A DNA stretch of 64,000 bases from Planctomycetota bacterium (GCA_044222185.1 JBGANV010000004.1:352001-416000); one strand, 5' to 3'; shown: positions 18,648 through 30,243, numbered from the stretch's first letter. Notes: generated from the letters alone by a model not told the origin. A program made the numbers and translations.

Positions 18648-19137
18648 GAACTTCTCCTTCGCGAACTTCGTGGAGCCCTGGGCTCCCCAGAAGACAGGCC
18701 GGGCGGCAGGCATTGCTGAACACACCGTTGCGTGGGGCGGACGGTCCGACGTGGTCCCGACTCTCATTTCGGCGGCGCGTCGCCGCGAAACGTGACTCGC
18801 ACCCGTCGCGATCGTCTTCTGACTCGGTTCCATGAAGAACGGGTCCGTCCGCACGCATCGGAGCCCGTCGCTTGGCAGGCATCGGCGCCTCCGATGAAAG
18901 TTCGGCGTTTGCAAATGCGATGCCGGATCAACGCGCGCTCGGCGCGATTCGTTGCGCGTGCCTGATTTCGCGGCGAACGACCTCCGAACGCTATGCCGAC
19001 GTGGAACTCGGGTGGTCGCTCGCACCGCGCTTTTTCGCGGAAATCGCGTGATTTCGCACGGTTTTTGAGCGGGCGCGCACGGCCCGTCACCGTCGCGCGC
19101 GTCGTCGCAGGCGGAACGGCGTGCCATGATCGCCGCC

Positions 19138-21210
19138 ATGAATCGCCGTTACGCAACGGTGCCGGCGCTGCTCCTGCCGGCCGTGCTCGCGATCCTCGTC
19201 GGATGGCCCGGCGTCGATGGCACCTTCGTGCGCGACGACTGGCTGTTCGTGCCGCTGAACCCACACGTTGTGGGCGACGTCTCCCTCGGGCAGATGTTCT
19301 CTTCGCCGTTTCAGCCGGATCAGCAGCTCGGGCTGTTCCGTCCCGTGACCACGCTTTCGTTGGCGCTCGATTGGCGCGCGGCCGGCGAATCGCCGCGCCG
19401 ATATCACCTGGTCAATCTGACGTTGAATGCCGTTGCCGCGCTGGCCCTCGCGGCGTTGCTGATGAGCTGCGGACTACCCGCGATCGCGAGCGGCGGTGCC
19501 GCGGCCTGGTTCGCCGTGCACGCCGCACGATCCGAGGCCGTGCTGTGGATCTCCGGGCGCGCCGAGATGTTGATGACGGCGTTCGTGCTGCTCTCGCTGC
19601 TGACGATCCGGGCGGGGAGAGGGGGATGGCGGTGGCCGGTCGCCGCCATCCTCGCCGCACTCGCACTCGCGTCGAAGGAGCAGGGGCTCGTCGTCGCGGC
19701 GCTCGCCCCGCTCCTGCCCGGGCTGTCGCGACGCGAACGCGCGCTCGCGATCGCCTGGACCTGGGTTCCACTCGGCCTCGTGATGGCGTGGCGCCAGCAC
19801 GTGCTCGGCGGCCTCGGCCCCAGCGGCATGATGCAGGTCTTCCCTGACGTCGACGTCTGGACGCGTGCGCAGTTCGGCCTGCGATTCCTCACGCAGTACG
19901 CCGGACTTGCGCTGTGGCCGCAACGCCTCATCAACGAATACGACGATCCCGAGCAGCCCGTGGGGTGGATCTGGATCGTGGCCGGTTGCGCGATTCTCTC
20001 TGTCGCCGCCGCACTGGCGGCGATGCGACGTCCGCGAGCCACGTTCGGAGCCTGCATCTTCCTCGGGGCGTTGGCTCCAGTCCTCAACGTGCTCTATCGG
20101 ACGGGAGAGACGTTCGCGGAGCGCTTTCTCTCGTTGCCGCTCGCGGGCGTGGCGTGGCTCGTCGCCTGCGCCTTGGCGCGGCTGTCCGACCGCCGGCCAT
20201 GGATTGCACTCGCGATCGTCGTCGTGATCACCGCGCCGCTCGCCGGGCGGTTCGTGGGGAGGGCGCGCGACTGGGTGTCGCAGGATGCGTTGTTTGCAGC
20301 GCAGCTTCGCGACGCGCCCGACGTGGGCGGATCGCACCAGTTGATTGCCGCGTCGCTTCTCGACGACTTCGGCCTGCGTGACCCCAAGCCCGACGACGTG
20401 GTTCGCGCCGCGAAAGAGCTCGAGCGCGCCGTCGAACTCGCCCCGCACCGCGTCGACGTCATGTACCGGCTCGGACAGTCGCGTCTGCGCGCCGCCGCCG
20501 CGGCGAATCCCGCGGACCCACGCCGCGTGACGGACCTGCGCGAGGCGGAGAAGCTCTTTCGCAAGGCCGTGGACGTGGCGCCCAGCATTCCCGAGTTGCG
20601 TGGCGCGCTCGGGCTCGTGCTGATCCTCGAAGACCGCAAGGACGAGGCGATTCCGATCCTGCGTGACGAACTGGCGCGAAACCCCCGGGAGTTCCGGGCT
20701 GCGACGAACCTCTCGGCCGTCCTCGACGAGAGGGGACAGCACGACGAGGCGAAGGGCGTGCGGCAACGTGCGCTGACCGAGGCCCTCGCCTACGCGGACG
20801 CCCACCCCGACGATCCCGGCCCGGTCCGCGTCGCGGCTCAGCTCTGCCTCGACATGGGGAACCTCCCGCAGGCGGCCGCGCTCGCGAATCGCGCACTCGC
20901 GTGTGTTGCGCCCGGACGGCCGCGCGCGGCGTCCGCCGCGATCGCCGCGACGACGATCGAGGCGGCCGCGGTCCTGCAGCGGGCTGGCCGCGATGCCGAG
21001 GCTCGCCGCGCCTTGCAGGAGGCGCGCGACCGGCTTGACGCGGCCGCGGCGCAGCCCGGCGCGCCCCTGGCCGACCTGTTCGGCTGGGCGGACCTGCAGG
21101 CGGCGATCGGTGAGACGTCTGCGATCCGCCCGCGGCTCGCCGCGGCGCACGCGACGGCGCGCGGGCTCGAACTCCGTCAACTCGACCATCGGTTGAAGAC
21201 GCTGAAGTGA
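19138..21210 (+). CDS. TMTC-like GT-C glycosyltransferase with C-terminal TPRs
   Basis: FV.DD..., FRP.TTLS.ALD, H..N, F.VH....EAV.WISGRAE, LASKE, AERFL.LP, followed by TPR-like helices. Confidence 0.85.
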   Translation: MNRRYATVPALLLPAVLAILVGWPGVDGTFVRDDWLFVPLNPHVVGDVSLGQMFSSPFQPDQQLGLFRPVTTLSLALDWRAAGESPRRYHLVNLTLNAVAALALAALLMSCGLPAIASGGAAAWFAVHAARSEAVLWISGRAEMLMTAFVLLSLLTIRAGRGGWRWPVAAILAALALASKEQGLVVAALAPLLPGLSRRERALAIAWTWVPLGLVMAWRQHVLGGLGPSGMMQVFPDVDVWTRAQFGLRFLTQYAGLALWPQRLINEYDDPEQPVGWIWIVAGCAILSVAAALAAMRRPRATFGACIFLGALAPVLNVLYRTGETFAERFLSLPLAGVAWLVACALARLSDRRPWIALAIVVVITAPLAGRFVGRARDWVSQDALFAAQLRDAPDVGGSHQLIAASLLDDFGLRDPKPDDVVRAAKELERAVELAPHRVDVMYRLGQSRLRAAAAANPADPRRVTDLREAEKLFRKAVDVAPSIPELRGALGLVLILEDRKDEAIPILRDELARNPREFRAATNLSAVLDERGQHDEAKGVRQRALTEALAYADAHPDDPGPVRVAAQLCLDMGNLPQAAALANRALACVAPGRPRAASAAIAATTIEAAAVLQRAGRDAEARRALQEARDRLDAAAAQPGAPLADLFGWADLQAAIGETSAIRPRLAAAHATARGLELRQLDHRLKTLK

Positions 21211-21431
21211 GCCGGTCGCGCCTCGGGGCGGACCCTCGGTACCGCCTCAACCTCTGGTGCTGCAATGATCTGAGACGTCAGGCCCGGTCCACGCGTCCTG
21301 AAGTGCGCCCGGCCGGTTCGCGCGTTGAACCTGAGACTGATTTGACGGAAGTGGCGGAGCCTTCGTTTTCCTGAGAGCCGAGCGGACCGCCGCGCTGGAC
21401 AGCGCCGGACGGTGGGTCTAGGCTCCCCGCC

Positions 21432-22232
21432 ATGACGTCGGCGGCCCCCCAGGCCGAGGACGTCGACCGCGCGTGCGACGGGCCCCGTGCCCGGGAGGTG
21501 TTCTCGATGGTTCCTCCAGCGACGTCGGAAGTGTTCGACCTTCAGCGCCTCGTGCCGGACCTGGTCCGACCGACGGACGCCGTCGAGCAGCGGATGCTCG
21601 ACTTCCACCTGACGCGCTATCGCTTCGCTGGCCGGTTCTGTCGCGAGTCCGACGTCCTCGACATCGCCTGCGGGGTCGGATACGGCGCCGCGCTGCTGCG
21701 GTCGCACGGCGCGCTCACGGTTCTCGGCGTCGACATCTCGGAAGACGCCATCGCCTACGCGCGCTCCCGCTACACGCGCGCCGGCGTCAGCTTCCAGCGC
21801 GATGACGCGTTCCGGTTCGAGCCCGGCCGCACGTTCAGCGCCGTCGTGAGCCTGGGGACCATCGAACACCTGGACGACCCCACGACGTTCGTTCGCCGGG
21901 CGCGTTCGTGGCTCGAGCCCGGTGGACGCTTCATCGCGTCCGTGCCGACCACGCTGACGACGGACCTGAATCCCTATCAGCGCCACGATTTCTCCCAGTC
22001 GTCCTTCGAGCGCATGCTCAAGGACTCGGGGTTCACGATCTCCGACCGCATGCACCAGGTGAGCCCCGTCTCGCCCGTGGAACTGCTCCAGAACCCGCGT
22101 TCGTACGGCGTCCGGGAGAACCTCGTCACCTATTACGCCTCACACCCGGGCAAGCTGCTGCGACGCGTGGCGTCGACGCTCGCCAACGGGTTCTCGACGC
22201 GTCACCTCGTCGTCGCCGCGCGCGCGGTGTGA
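21432..22232 (+). CDS. Class I SAM-dependent methyltransferase (start uncertain)
   Basis: HLTRY.FA, VLDIACGVGYG, GVDIS, IEHL, LEPGG. Confidence 0.88.
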   Translation: MTSAAPQAEDVDRACDGPRAREVFSMVPPATSEVFDLQRLVPDLVRPTDAVEQRMLDFHLTRYRFAGRFCRESDVLDIACGVGYGAALLRSHGALTVLGVDISEDAIAYARSRYTRAGVSFQRDDAFRFEPGRTFSAVVSLGTIEHLDDPTTFVRRARSWLEPGGRFIASVPTTLTTDLNPYQRHDFSQSSFERMLKDSGFTISDRMHQVSPVSPVELLQNPRSYGVRENLVTYYASHPGKLLRRVASTLANGFSTRHLVVAARAV

Positions 22233-22310
22233 CGGCGAGGCCCGCGGCCGAGGGAGTTGCGGTCGCCGTCGGACTCTTGTCCCCGTCGGGCCTCCGTTAC
22301 ACTCCGCCCG

Positions 22311-23114
22311 ATGGATCGGGAACGAGTCGAAGTCCTCTACAACGAGCGGGTGCGGCCATTCATGTGGCGGCTCGGTCTGCCCTGGGACGCCCTGCGGCGG
22401 GGGGCTCGGGCGGCGAAGTTCGTCATGCTCGGCTTCGACGGGCGGCGGGATCCTCTGCTGCCGCGGCCGTTCAGCATCTCGGACGTGTGGCGCGATCCCT
22501 CCGGAAGGGTCGTCACCGAGCTTCTCTACAAACCCGTGGGGACGGCGACGCGGCTCATGACCGAGGTGCGGCCTGGCGATCGTTGCCACGTGCTCGGGCT
22601 CCTCGGAAACGGCTTCCCCGATCCGACGCCGGGCCTGCGGCCCGTGCTCGTCGCGGGGGGCATCGGCAACGCGCCGTTCGCGCGCCACGTGCGTGAGTTG
22701 GTCGAGGGGCCGTTCGCGAAGGACCCGTCGAAGGTCGTCCTCTTCCTCGCCGGTCGCAACAAGGACGAGATCTACATCCAGGACGTGGTTCGCCATTCGG
22801 GGATCACCATCGTGGAGGTGACGGACGATGGCTCGCTCGGCGAGAAGGGGCTCGTCACCGAGGCGCTGACGAAGCGGCTCGCGACGCTGGGGCCCATCGA
22901 GGCGTTTGCCTGTGGTCCCACGCCCATGTTGCGGGCGCTTCAGAAGCTCGCGGTGGATCGCGGCTTCCGCTGCCACCTCTCCGTCGAGGAAGTCATGGCG
23001 TGCGGATACGGAGTGTGCAACGCGTGCGTCGTGCCGTCGCGCACGCACCCGGGCGAGTACGTGAAGGCCTGCAAGGAAGGTCCGGTGTTCGAGGTGTCGG
23101 AGATCCTGGCATGA
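22311..23114 (+). CDS. pyrK: Dihydroorotate dehydrogenase electron-transfer subunit
   Basis: LPRPFSI, GLLGNGF, AGGIG.AP, CGPTPML, MACGYGVCNAC...C.EGPVF. Confidence 0.88.
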   Translation: MDRERVEVLYNERVRPFMWRLGLPWDALRRGARAAKFVMLGFDGRRDPLLPRPFSISDVWRDPSGRVVTELLYKPVGTATRLMTEVRPGDRCHVLGLLGNGFPDPTPGLRPVLVAGGIGNAPFARHVRELVEGPFAKDPSKVVLFLAGRNKDEIYIQDVVRHSGITIVEVTDDGSLGEKGLVTEALTKRLATLGPIEAFACGPTPMLRALQKLAVDRGFRCHLSVEEVMACGYGVCNACVVPSRTHPGEYVKACKEGPVFEVSEILA

Positions 23115-23677
23115 CGTGGGTGATTCGGGCGGCATGGCTGATGGCGTTGGCGTTCGCGGCTGGCTGCGCGGGGACTCACGGCCCGCTCTACTCGGAGACG
23201 GAGCCGCCGCGGCTCCTCGACGGTGAGATCCGCATGACGACGCGCTGGACTGCCGGCGTGAAGGACAATCCGGACACGCGCTTGATCGCGTGCCGCGGCG
23301 GACAGATCGCCTGCGAGTACGACACGCCGCGCGGACGTTGGGAAGGAACGGCGACGGCGGAGGATTGGAGCGATCTGTGGAATCGCCTCCAGCCCGTGGC
23401 GCCGTGGGCCGAGCATCGCAAGTCCGTCGATGAAGACGATCCGACGGGCGGGCCGTACCACGTCGTCCACATGCGCGTCGGCGAGAGGTGGAGCGAGTTC
23501 TCCTCTCAACAGCGCGCCGATCTCGTCTTCGCTTCCAGCACCGAGACCATGCAGCGGGTCCAGTACACGAACGACATCGTGAACTTCGTCTCCGCGCACG
23601 CGACCACGAAGGTTCGCACGGGCCCGCCGCCGTCGGCCACGCCCGAGTCCGCGCCAGCCGCGCCCCGCAAGCCATGA
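23111..23677 (+). CDS. Hypothetical lipoprotein
   Basis: Lipobox-like AAGC after a hydrophobic stretch; ATGA coupling with both neighbours. Confidence 0.75.
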   Translation: MTWVIRAAWLMALAFAAGCAGTHGPLYSETEPPRLLDGEIRMTTRWTAGVKDNPDTRLIACRGGQIACEYDTPRGRWEGTATAEDWSDLWNRLQPVAPWAEHRKSVDEDDPTGGPYHVVHMRVGERWSEFSSQQRADLVFASSTETMQRVQYTNDIVNFVSAHATTKVRTGPPPSATPESAPAAPRKP

Positions 23678-24258
23678 CGCATCCGGACCTCGATCGACTC
23701 CTGGGCGACGTCGGCCGGGTCGTGAAGGCCATCGATCCGGGGGAGACGCGCGCGCTCGTTCGTGTTCTTGCCGAGGCTCGCATCATCTTCGTCGCGGGCG
23801 TGGGGCGCTCCGGCTGCGTGGCGCGCGCGTTCGCCGTCTCGTTGATGCAGCTCGATCTCCGCGTCCACGTCGTGGGTGATCCGACCACGCCCCCCATCAC
23901 CGCGCAGGATGTCCTCCTCGTCTGTTCCGGCTCCGGTCGCACCGAGTCCATGGTCGGCCTCGCCGGCCGGGCCGTTCAAGCGGGCGCGCGCCTCGCGCTC
24001 GTGACGAGTGCGATCATCGCGCCGCTGACCCAGCTCGCTCACGTGAAGGTGCTCGTCCCTCCGATCCTCCCCAGTTCCGGCGAGATGACCGTCGTCGGCG
24101 CGCCGCCCGACACGACAGGCAAGAACCTCTTCCAGCCCATGCGCACCCTGTTCGAGCAGGCCTCGCTGCTCTGCCTCGATTACGTCGTCCTCCTCCTCGC
24201 CGAACACCGCGGCGTCAGCCCGGCACAGATGCAGAGCCGGCACGGGAATTTGGAATGA
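23674..24258 (+). CDS. hxlB: SIS-domain sugar-phosphate isomerase (6-phospho-3-hexuloisomerase-like)
   Basis: G.GRSG, SGSG.T, QPM.TLFEQ, RH.NLE C-terminus. Confidence 0.8.
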   Translation: MTHPDLDRLLGDVGRVVKAIDPGETRALVRVLAEARIIFVAGVGRSGCVARAFAVSLMQLDLRVHVVGDPTTPPITAQDVLLVCSGSGRTESMVGLAGRAVQAGARLALVTSAIIAPLTQLAHVKVLVPPILPSSGEMTVVGAPPDTTGKNLFQPMRTLFEQASLLCLDYVVLLLAEHRGVSPAQMQSRHGNLE

Positions 24259-24405
24259 GTTGCGTCGCCGATGCCGCTTGCGGCGACGTTTGCGGGAAAT
24301 TGCCCCGCATGGGACGGAGTTCAGCCACTCTCCCGCGTTGATCCGCCCCGGTGCCCGTGTGACATTGAGCACCTGTCCGGTCTTCCCGGAACCAGGGAGC
24401 GTCAC

Positions 24406-25584
24406 ATGCCCGAAGCAGTCATCGTTTCAGCAGCGCGAACGGCCGTCGGCAAGTTCATGGGCACGTTGAAGGACATTCCGGCGACGGACCTCGGCGCGCT
24501 CGCGATCCGGGAGGCGGTGAAGCGGGCGGGCGTTGATGCGGCGCTCGTCGAGGACGTGATCATGGGATGCGTCCTGCCGGCGGGCCTGGGACAGAACCCG
24601 GCCCGGCAGGCGGCCATCCAGGGCGGCATCCCCGACAAGGCGGGTGCGCTCACGATCAACAAGGTCTGCGGATCGGGACTGAAGTCCGTGGCCCTGGCGG
24701 CGCAGGCGATCCGCGCGGGCGATCATCAGTGCGTGGCGGCCGGCGGCATGGAGAGCATGAGCCGCTCGCCGCACCTGATCCCGGGCTCGCGCGAAGGCTT
24801 CCGCCTCGGACACGGCAAACTCGTCGACAGCATGATCCAGGACGGCCTGTGGGACGCGTTCAACGACTTCCACATGGGCATCACCGCCGAGAAGGTCGCG
24901 GCCAAGTACGGCATCAAGCGCGAGGAGCAGGACCAGTTCGCCCTGAACAGCCACAAGAAGGCGGCGGCGGCGCAGGACGCGGGCGCGTTCAACGCCGAGA
25001 TCGTCCCGGTCGAGATCGCGCAACGCAAAGGACCGGCGCTGAAGTTCGCGACGGACGAGTCCGTGCGCCGCGACACGACGATCGAGGCCCTGGCGGCGTT
25101 GAAGCCCGCGTTCCAGAAAGACGGCACGGTTACGGCCGGCAACGCCCCGGGATGCAACGACGGCGCGGGCGCCTTCGTCGTCTGCTCGGATGCGTTCGCG
25201 CGTCAGCACGGGTTGAAGCCGCTCGCGCGCATCACCGGCTACGCCACGGGCGGCATGGCTCCCGAGTGGGTCATGATGGCTCCCGTGGACGCAGTGAAGA
25301 AGCTGAACCAGAAGCTCGGCGTGGGCATCGACCACCACGAGATCGTCGAGCTGAACGAGGCGTTCTCCGTGCAGGCCATGGGCGTCATGCGCGAGCTGGA
25401 ACTGGATCCGAACCGCGTGAACGTGAACGGCGGCGCCGTCGCCATCGGTCATCCCATCGGCGCGTCGGGATCGCGCATCCTCTGCACGCTGCTCTACGCC
25501 ATGAAGGCTCGGGGCAAGACGCGCGGCCTCGCGAGCCTGTGCCTCGGCGGCGGCAACGCCGTCGCGCTTTCGGTCGAGTGCTGA
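24406..25584 (+). CDS. Acetyl-CoA C-acetyltransferase (thiolase)
   Basis: [24 protein letters not shown]. Confidence 0.95.
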   Translation: MPEAVIVSAARTAVGKFMGTLKDIPATDLGALAIREAVKRAGVDAALVEDVIMGCVLPAGLGQNPARQAAIQGGIPDKAGALTINKVCGSGLKSVALAAQAIRAGDHQCVAAGGMESMSRSPHLIPGSREGFRLGHGKLVDSMIQDGLWDAFNDFHMGITAEKVAAKYGIKREEQDQFALNSHKKAAAAQDAGAFNAEIVPVEIAQRKGPALKFATDESVRRDTTIEALAALKPAFQKDGTVTAGNAPGCNDGAGAFVVCSDAFARQHGLKPLARITGYATGGMAPEWVMMAPVDAVKKLNQKLGVGIDHHEIVELNEAFSVQAMGVMRELELDPNRVNVNGGAVAIGHPIGASGSRILCTLLYAMKARGKTRGLASLCLGGGNAVALSVEC

Positions 25585-25621
25585 TCGGCGCATCCACCTG
25601 ACGAATCAACGAGAGAACCCC

Positions 25622-26251
25622 GTGAAACACCTGCTCCTCTTCGCGCTCTGCGTCCTTTCGTTCGCGCTCGCGTCCTGCGGTGACGACGTCCAGCTCGCGC
25701 CGCCGCCGAACAAGGATGCGAAGGCCGGGAAGTCGCAAGACCTTCCCATGGGACACCCCGCCGTGGGCGGCTCGCCGACGTCGGGAACGCAGCAGCCTTC
25801 GCCCCACGGGACGATGGACGGCGCATCACCGGCCGGCGCGCACGGCACACCCGGCGGCACCGATCCGTTCGCCGATGCGGGCGCGGCGGCGATGAAGGAT
25901 GGGCCCAAGCCCGCGGGCAATCCCGACGACGTGGTGCTCGCCGGCGAAGTCTCCCTCGACCCGGCCGCCAAGCTGCCCAGCCAGTACACCGTCTACATCA
26001 TGGCCGTGTTCGATCCGAAGGAACGCGCCGGCGCCATGATCAAGCGCATCGACGGATCGCCGAAGTTCCCCATCAAGTTCGAGATGACGGCGAAGGACTC
26101 GCCGTTCGGCGTCCAGAAGTTCGACCGCCCGCTCTGGGTTCGCGGGATGGTCAGCGAAACCGGCGAGGCCATGAAGTCGACGAACCGCACCACGTCGGAT
26201 GCGTCGTTCCAGCCGGGCACGAAGGACGTCAAGCTCACGCTGAAGCCCTGA
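25622..26251 (+). CDS. Hypothetical lipoprotein (LPMGHP motif; C-terminal beta-domain reminiscent of CcmI/CycH C-terminus)
   Basis: Lipobox LASC; LPMGHP/PHG; V.LAGEVSLDP...VYIMA...KFP.KF. Confidence 0.65.
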   Translation: MKHLLLFALCVLSFALASCGDDVQLAPPPNKDAKAGKSQDLPMGHPAVGGSPTSGTQQPSPHGTMDGASPAGAHGTPGGTDPFADAGAAAMKDGPKPAGNPDDVVLAGEVSLDPAAKLPSQYTVYIMAVFDPKERAGAMIKRIDGSPKFPIKFEMTAKDSPFGVQKFDRPLWVRGMVSETGEAMKSTNRTTSDASFQPGTKDVKLTLKP

Positions 26252-26263
26252 TTCGCGGATCTC

Positions 26264-27547
26264 ATGACGCACGACTTCTTCGGTGACATGGAGCGGCGCG
26301 GGCTCGTCTTTCAGAGCACCGCGCCCGATCTGCGCGACGTGATGATGAAGGGGCCGGTGACGGCCTACATCGGCTTCGATCCCACGGCGGACAGCCTCCA
26401 CGTCGGCAGCCTGCTTCCCATGCTCGCGCTGATGCGGCTGCAGCGCGCGGGGCATCGGCCCATCGCCATCGTCGGCGGTGGCACGGGGATGATCGGCGAT
26501 CCCAGCGGGAAGTCGGCGGAGCGCTCCATGCTCTCGCGCGAGCAGCTCGCGGCGAACGTGGAGGGCATCCGCAAGCAGCTCGAACGCGTCCTCGACTTCT
26601 CGGGGCCGCGGGGCGCGTTGCTCCTCAACAATCTCGACTGGCTCGGCGAGCTGCGCCTGCTCGAGTTCCTCCGCGACATCGGCAAGGCGTTCTCGGTCAA
26701 CCAGATGGTCAACCGGGATTCGGTGCGCATTCGCCTGGAAGGGCGCGAGCACGGGATCTCCTACACCGAGTTCTCCTACGCGCTGCTCCAGGCCTACGAC
26801 TTCCTCGCGCTCTACGATCGCTACGGCTGCACGCTCCAGGTCGGCGGTAGCGATCAGTGGGGCAACATCGTCGATGGTTGCGATCTCGTCCACCGCATGC
26901 GCAACGGTGCGGCGTACGGACTCACCATGCCGCTCGTCACGCGATCGGACGGCAAGAAGTTCGGAAAGAGCGAGCAAGGCAACGTGTGGCTCTCGGCCGA
27001 GCGCACGCGCCCGTTCGCGTTCCACCAGTTCTGGCTGAACGCGGAGGACGCGGAGGTCGTGCGGTACCTGAAGTTCTTCACGTTCCTCGCCGTCGACGAG
27101 ATCGAGGCTCTCGCGGCCGAAGTCGCCGCGCACCCGGAGGCGCGCGTCGCCCAGAAGCGCCTCGCCGACGAGGTGACGGCGCTCGTCCACGGCAAGGAGG
27201 CCGTCGCGCGCTCGCACCGCGCCGCGGCGATCCTCTTCGAGGGCGCCGACCTCGGTGGGCTGGAAGCTCCCGACGTCCACGAGATCTTCGCCGACGCTCC
27301 GCGCGTGAAGGTGGCGAAGTCGGCGTTGGGTTCGCCCGCCGCCTCCCTCGTCGAGATCCTGATGTCCGCCGGGATGTTCCAGTCGAAGGCGCAGGCCCGG
27401 CAGGCGGTGACGCAGGGCTCCATCGCCGTGAACCAGAAGCCCGTGTCCGACGTGACGCGCCAGCTTCAAACCACCGACGTCCTTCCCGGCGACCTGATCG
27501 TTCTGCGCCGCGGCAAGAAGACCTATTTCGTCGCCGAAGTGGGCTGA
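26264..27547 (+). CDS. tyrS: Tyrosine--tRNA ligase
   Basis: YIGFDPTADSLHVG, GDPSGK, LQAYDF, QVGGSDQWGNI, KFGKS, C-terminal S4-like domain. Confidence 0.97.
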   Translation: MTHDFFGDMERRGLVFQSTAPDLRDVMMKGPVTAYIGFDPTADSLHVGSLLPMLALMRLQRAGHRPIAIVGGGTGMIGDPSGKSAERSMLSREQLAANVEGIRKQLERVLDFSGPRGALLLNNLDWLGELRLLEFLRDIGKAFSVNQMVNRDSVRIRLEGREHGISYTEFSYALLQAYDFLALYDRYGCTLQVGGSDQWGNIVDGCDLVHRMRNGAAYGLTMPLVTRSDGKKFGKSEQGNVWLSAERTRPFAFHQFWLNAEDAEVVRYLKFFTFLAVDEIEALAAEVAAHPEARVAQKRLADEVTALVHGKEAVARSHRAAAILFEGADLGGLEAPDVHEIFADAPRVKVAKSALGSPAASLVEILMSAGMFQSKAQARQAVTQGSIAVNQKPVSDVTRQLQTTDVLPGDLIVLRRGKKTYFVAEVG

Positions 27548-27613
27548 GGCGGAACGCGCAACGACCGCGTTGAACCGGATCCGTCGCGGCCGGGGACGTG
27601 AGCGCGGAAGCCC

Positions 27614-30082
27614 ATGAACCCACGATTCGTCGATCCGGAAACCTTGCACGCCGCGGACGCGTTCGTCCGCGGACTCGCGCGCAGTCTCCTGTTCGACGCC
27701 GATCGCGCGGAGGACGTGGCGCAGGAGGCGTGGCTCGCGGCGTTGCGCACGCTGCACGAGGCTCGCGCGGGAATGCGCGCCTGGCTGACGGGCGCCGTCA
27801 AGCATCTGGCCGGCAAGTCCATCCGCACGGAGGGCCGACGGGCCGCGCACGAGGCGCATGCGGCGGCGTCCACCGGCGGCGGCGTGCCGTCGGCGCACGA
27901 GATCCTGGCCCGCGAGGCCATGCGCCGCGAACTGGTCGATGCCGTGCTGGCGCTCCCGGAGCCGTATCGCTCGCCACTCCTCCTCCGCTACTTCGAGGAG
28001 TTGCCGCCGCGAGTCATCGCGAGACGCCTCGATCTGCCGGTCGAAACGGTGCGCACGCAGGTCAAGCGCGGCCTGGCGATTCTGCGTGAGCGCTTGGACG
28101 ATCGGCACCAGCACCGCGCGTCGTGGGCTTTCCTTCTCGTTCCGTACGTCGGTCACGCCTCCGTGAAGTCGGCGCTGATCGGCGCGACGCTGAAAGGAAT
28201 GATCTCCATGAGCACGCAAGCGAAGGTCGTGGCTGCGGCGGCGCTGATCCTGGCGGCGGGCGGGTTCATGATGTGGAAACAGGCGAGCGACGCGGCGTTC
28301 GATGCGGCGCGTGCGCGGACGTTGGCCGTGGAGGCGGAGGCCTTGCAGATCGAACGCGCGGAGGCGGCTGCCCGCATTCGGGCGCAGAAGGCCGCCGATG
28401 CCGCGCCGGCCCTCGTGCCGTCGCCGTTCCGCGAGTCCGAGTCCGCGCCGGCCGTGCCGTCGGCACAGGAACCGGCGTCGCTGCGCATCTCGGTCGTGTG
28501 GGAGAAATCGGGTGCGGCGGCGGCCGGCGTTCCTCTTCAGATCACGGCCTTGATCCAGCCGAACCCGTTGATCCGCGTCACGAACGTCGTGACGGCCGCC
28601 GACGGGACCTGCCTCATGGAGAGGATCCCCGCAGCCGCGTATCGAGTCCGCTGTGGGCTTGGCGGAGAGGCGACGTCGCGCGTCATTCCGGGCAAGCGCT
28701 CGGAGATGCGACTCGCGATTCCTCACGGCACGACGGTCAAGGGATTGGTCGTCGATGCGGGCGAGCGGCCCGTCTCCGGCGCGGCCGTGTGGGTCTGGCC
28801 CGACCTCAGCGGTGGGGAAGGCAGCCCCGTGGCGACGACCGCGTCCGACGGGACGTTCGAGCTCAACAGCCTGAAGATGACGGGGTGGACGCGCATCGGA
28901 GCGAGAGCGCGTGGCTTCGCACCGTCGTTCGCGGTGATCATGACGGAGGCCGCGGGCGCCGTGTGCAACGTCAAGCTGCGATTCCACGCGGCGGGAGGGG
29001 AGATCTCGGGTGCCGTCAGCGATGCGAATGGCAAGCCCGTCGTCGGGGCCACCGTCGCCGTCGGCGACCCTTGGGGCGCGCAAATCAAGTTGCCGGACGG
29101 CGGCGTGGGGGCGAGACCGCCCGCGATCGTCGTGACGACGGACGATCGGGGCATCTACCGCATCGAGGGCGCGGCGGTGGAGAAGCTCCCCGTCGTCGTT
29201 CGCGGTGCGGGCTTCGGTCCGTGGCGCGGCGAGGTCGACGTCAGCGCGAACGTGACGACGCGACTCGACGTCACGCTTGGGCGGGGTGTCACCGTCAAAG
29301 GTGTGGTGCGCGACGACGCGGGCGCGCCGATCGCGGGCGCGAAGATCTCCGTCGGCAACTCGGACACGCTTGGCGGGGCCCTCGCGTGGAGCGCTGACGA
29401 CGGCAGCTACCGGGTCGACGACGTGAATGCGGGGGTCTTCGCGATCTCGGCTGGTCGCGACGGGCAGGGATACGTCAGCACCTCGTTCACGGCGGATGTG
29501 GGCGGCGAGATCGTCTGGGATCCGGTCCTCTCGCGGGGCAAGGTCTTCGGCGTTCGGGTCGTCGACGAGCGCGGCGCGCCGCTCTCGGGGTTTGGCGTCT
29601 TCTTCAAGGGCACGGAGGCCAGCGGCTCCGAGTCGCGCCAGGAGTACACCGGCGACGATGGTCGGGTGACGATCATCAACTGCCGCAGTGCCCGCTACGA
29701 CATCGAGGTGACCGACGTGAACGCGCGCTCCTGCCTCGTGGCCTCGCGCAAGGACGTCGCGATCGACATCGGCGAGGTGGAGCTGTCAGTCCCCGACGCA
29801 GCGAGGCCTACGTCGTACATCGTCGGCACGGTGCTGAAACCGGACGGCACACCGGCAGGCGGCGTCACCGTGCTCGAAGGACGGACGTCGGAGCATTCGC
29901 GGGTCATCCACAAGGCGGATCCGGAGGCGGGCACGTTCCGCCTCGGGCCGAGAGCCGCGGGCTCCTACGTCATCGAGATCGAATCGCCCGACTTCGAGAA
30001 GCTAACGTTGCCTCCCCACACCCTCGGGAAAGGCGAGACCTGGGACCTGGGCCAGCTCCAGCTGAAGCCGAAGAAGAAGTAG
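27614..30082 (+). CDS. ECF sigma-70 factor fused to a TM helix and carboxypeptidase-regulatory-like repeats
   Basis: [35 protein letters not shown]; TM segment [13 protein letters not shown]; repeated G.V.D..G.PV.GA.V. Confidence 0.88.
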   Translation: MNPRFVDPETLHAADAFVRGLARSLLFDADRAEDVAQEAWLAALRTLHEARAGMRAWLTGAVKHLAGKSIRTEGRRAAHEAHAAASTGGGVPSAHEILAREAMRRELVDAVLALPEPYRSPLLLRYFEELPPRVIARRLDLPVETVRTQVKRGLAILRERLDDRHQHRASWAFLLVPYVGHASVKSALIGATLKGMISMSTQAKVVAAAALILAAGGFMMWKQASDAAFDAARARTLAVEAEALQIERAEAAARIRAQKAADAAPALVPSPFRESESAPAVPSAQEPASLRISVVWEKSGAAAAGVPLQITALIQPNPLIRVTNVVTAADGTCLMERIPAAAYRVRCGLGGEATSRVIPGKRSEMRLAIPHGTTVKGLVVDAGERPVSGAAVWVWPDLSGGEGSPVATTASDGTFELNSLKMTGWTRIGARARGFAPSFAVIMTEAAGAVCNVKLRFHAAGGEISGAVSDANGKPVVGATVAVGDPWGAQIKLPDGGVGARPPAIVVTTDDRGIYRIEGAAVEKLPVVVRGAGFGPWRGEVDVSANVTTRLDVTLGRGVTVKGVVRDDAGAPIAGAKISVGNSDTLGGALAWSADDGSYRVDDVNAGVFAISAGRDGQGYVSTSFTADVGGEIVWDPVLSRGKVFGVRVVDERGAPLSGFGVFFKGTEASGSESRQEYTGDDGRVTIINCRSARYDIEVTDVNARSCLVASRKDVAIDIGEVELSVPDAARPTSYIVGTVLKPDGTPAGGVTVLEGRTSEHSRVIHKADPEAGTFRLGPRAAGSYVIEIESPDFEKLTLPPHTLGKGETWDLGQLQLKPKKK

Positions 30083-30243
30083 ACCTGCCGCTTCCCGCCC
30101 TCCTCGCCCACGCGCCTCCGCGCACGAGCGGAGCCGAAGATCGCCCCGCCGCGCTCCAGCCCAGCCCTCCTGCGTCGTTCGTCGTCTGGATGACCGGGGG
30201 TCCGCGTCGTAGCTTCCCGCGGCCGTTCGGCTTCGAGAATCCA

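Noticed and set aside
25826-29083. Very long antisense or alternate-frame ORFs (also 10210-13116, 5703-8069, 47038-49575, 38737-40833)
   Set aside because: Arg/Ala/Gly-rich shadow ORFs opposite well-supported genes, expected in high-GC DNA.
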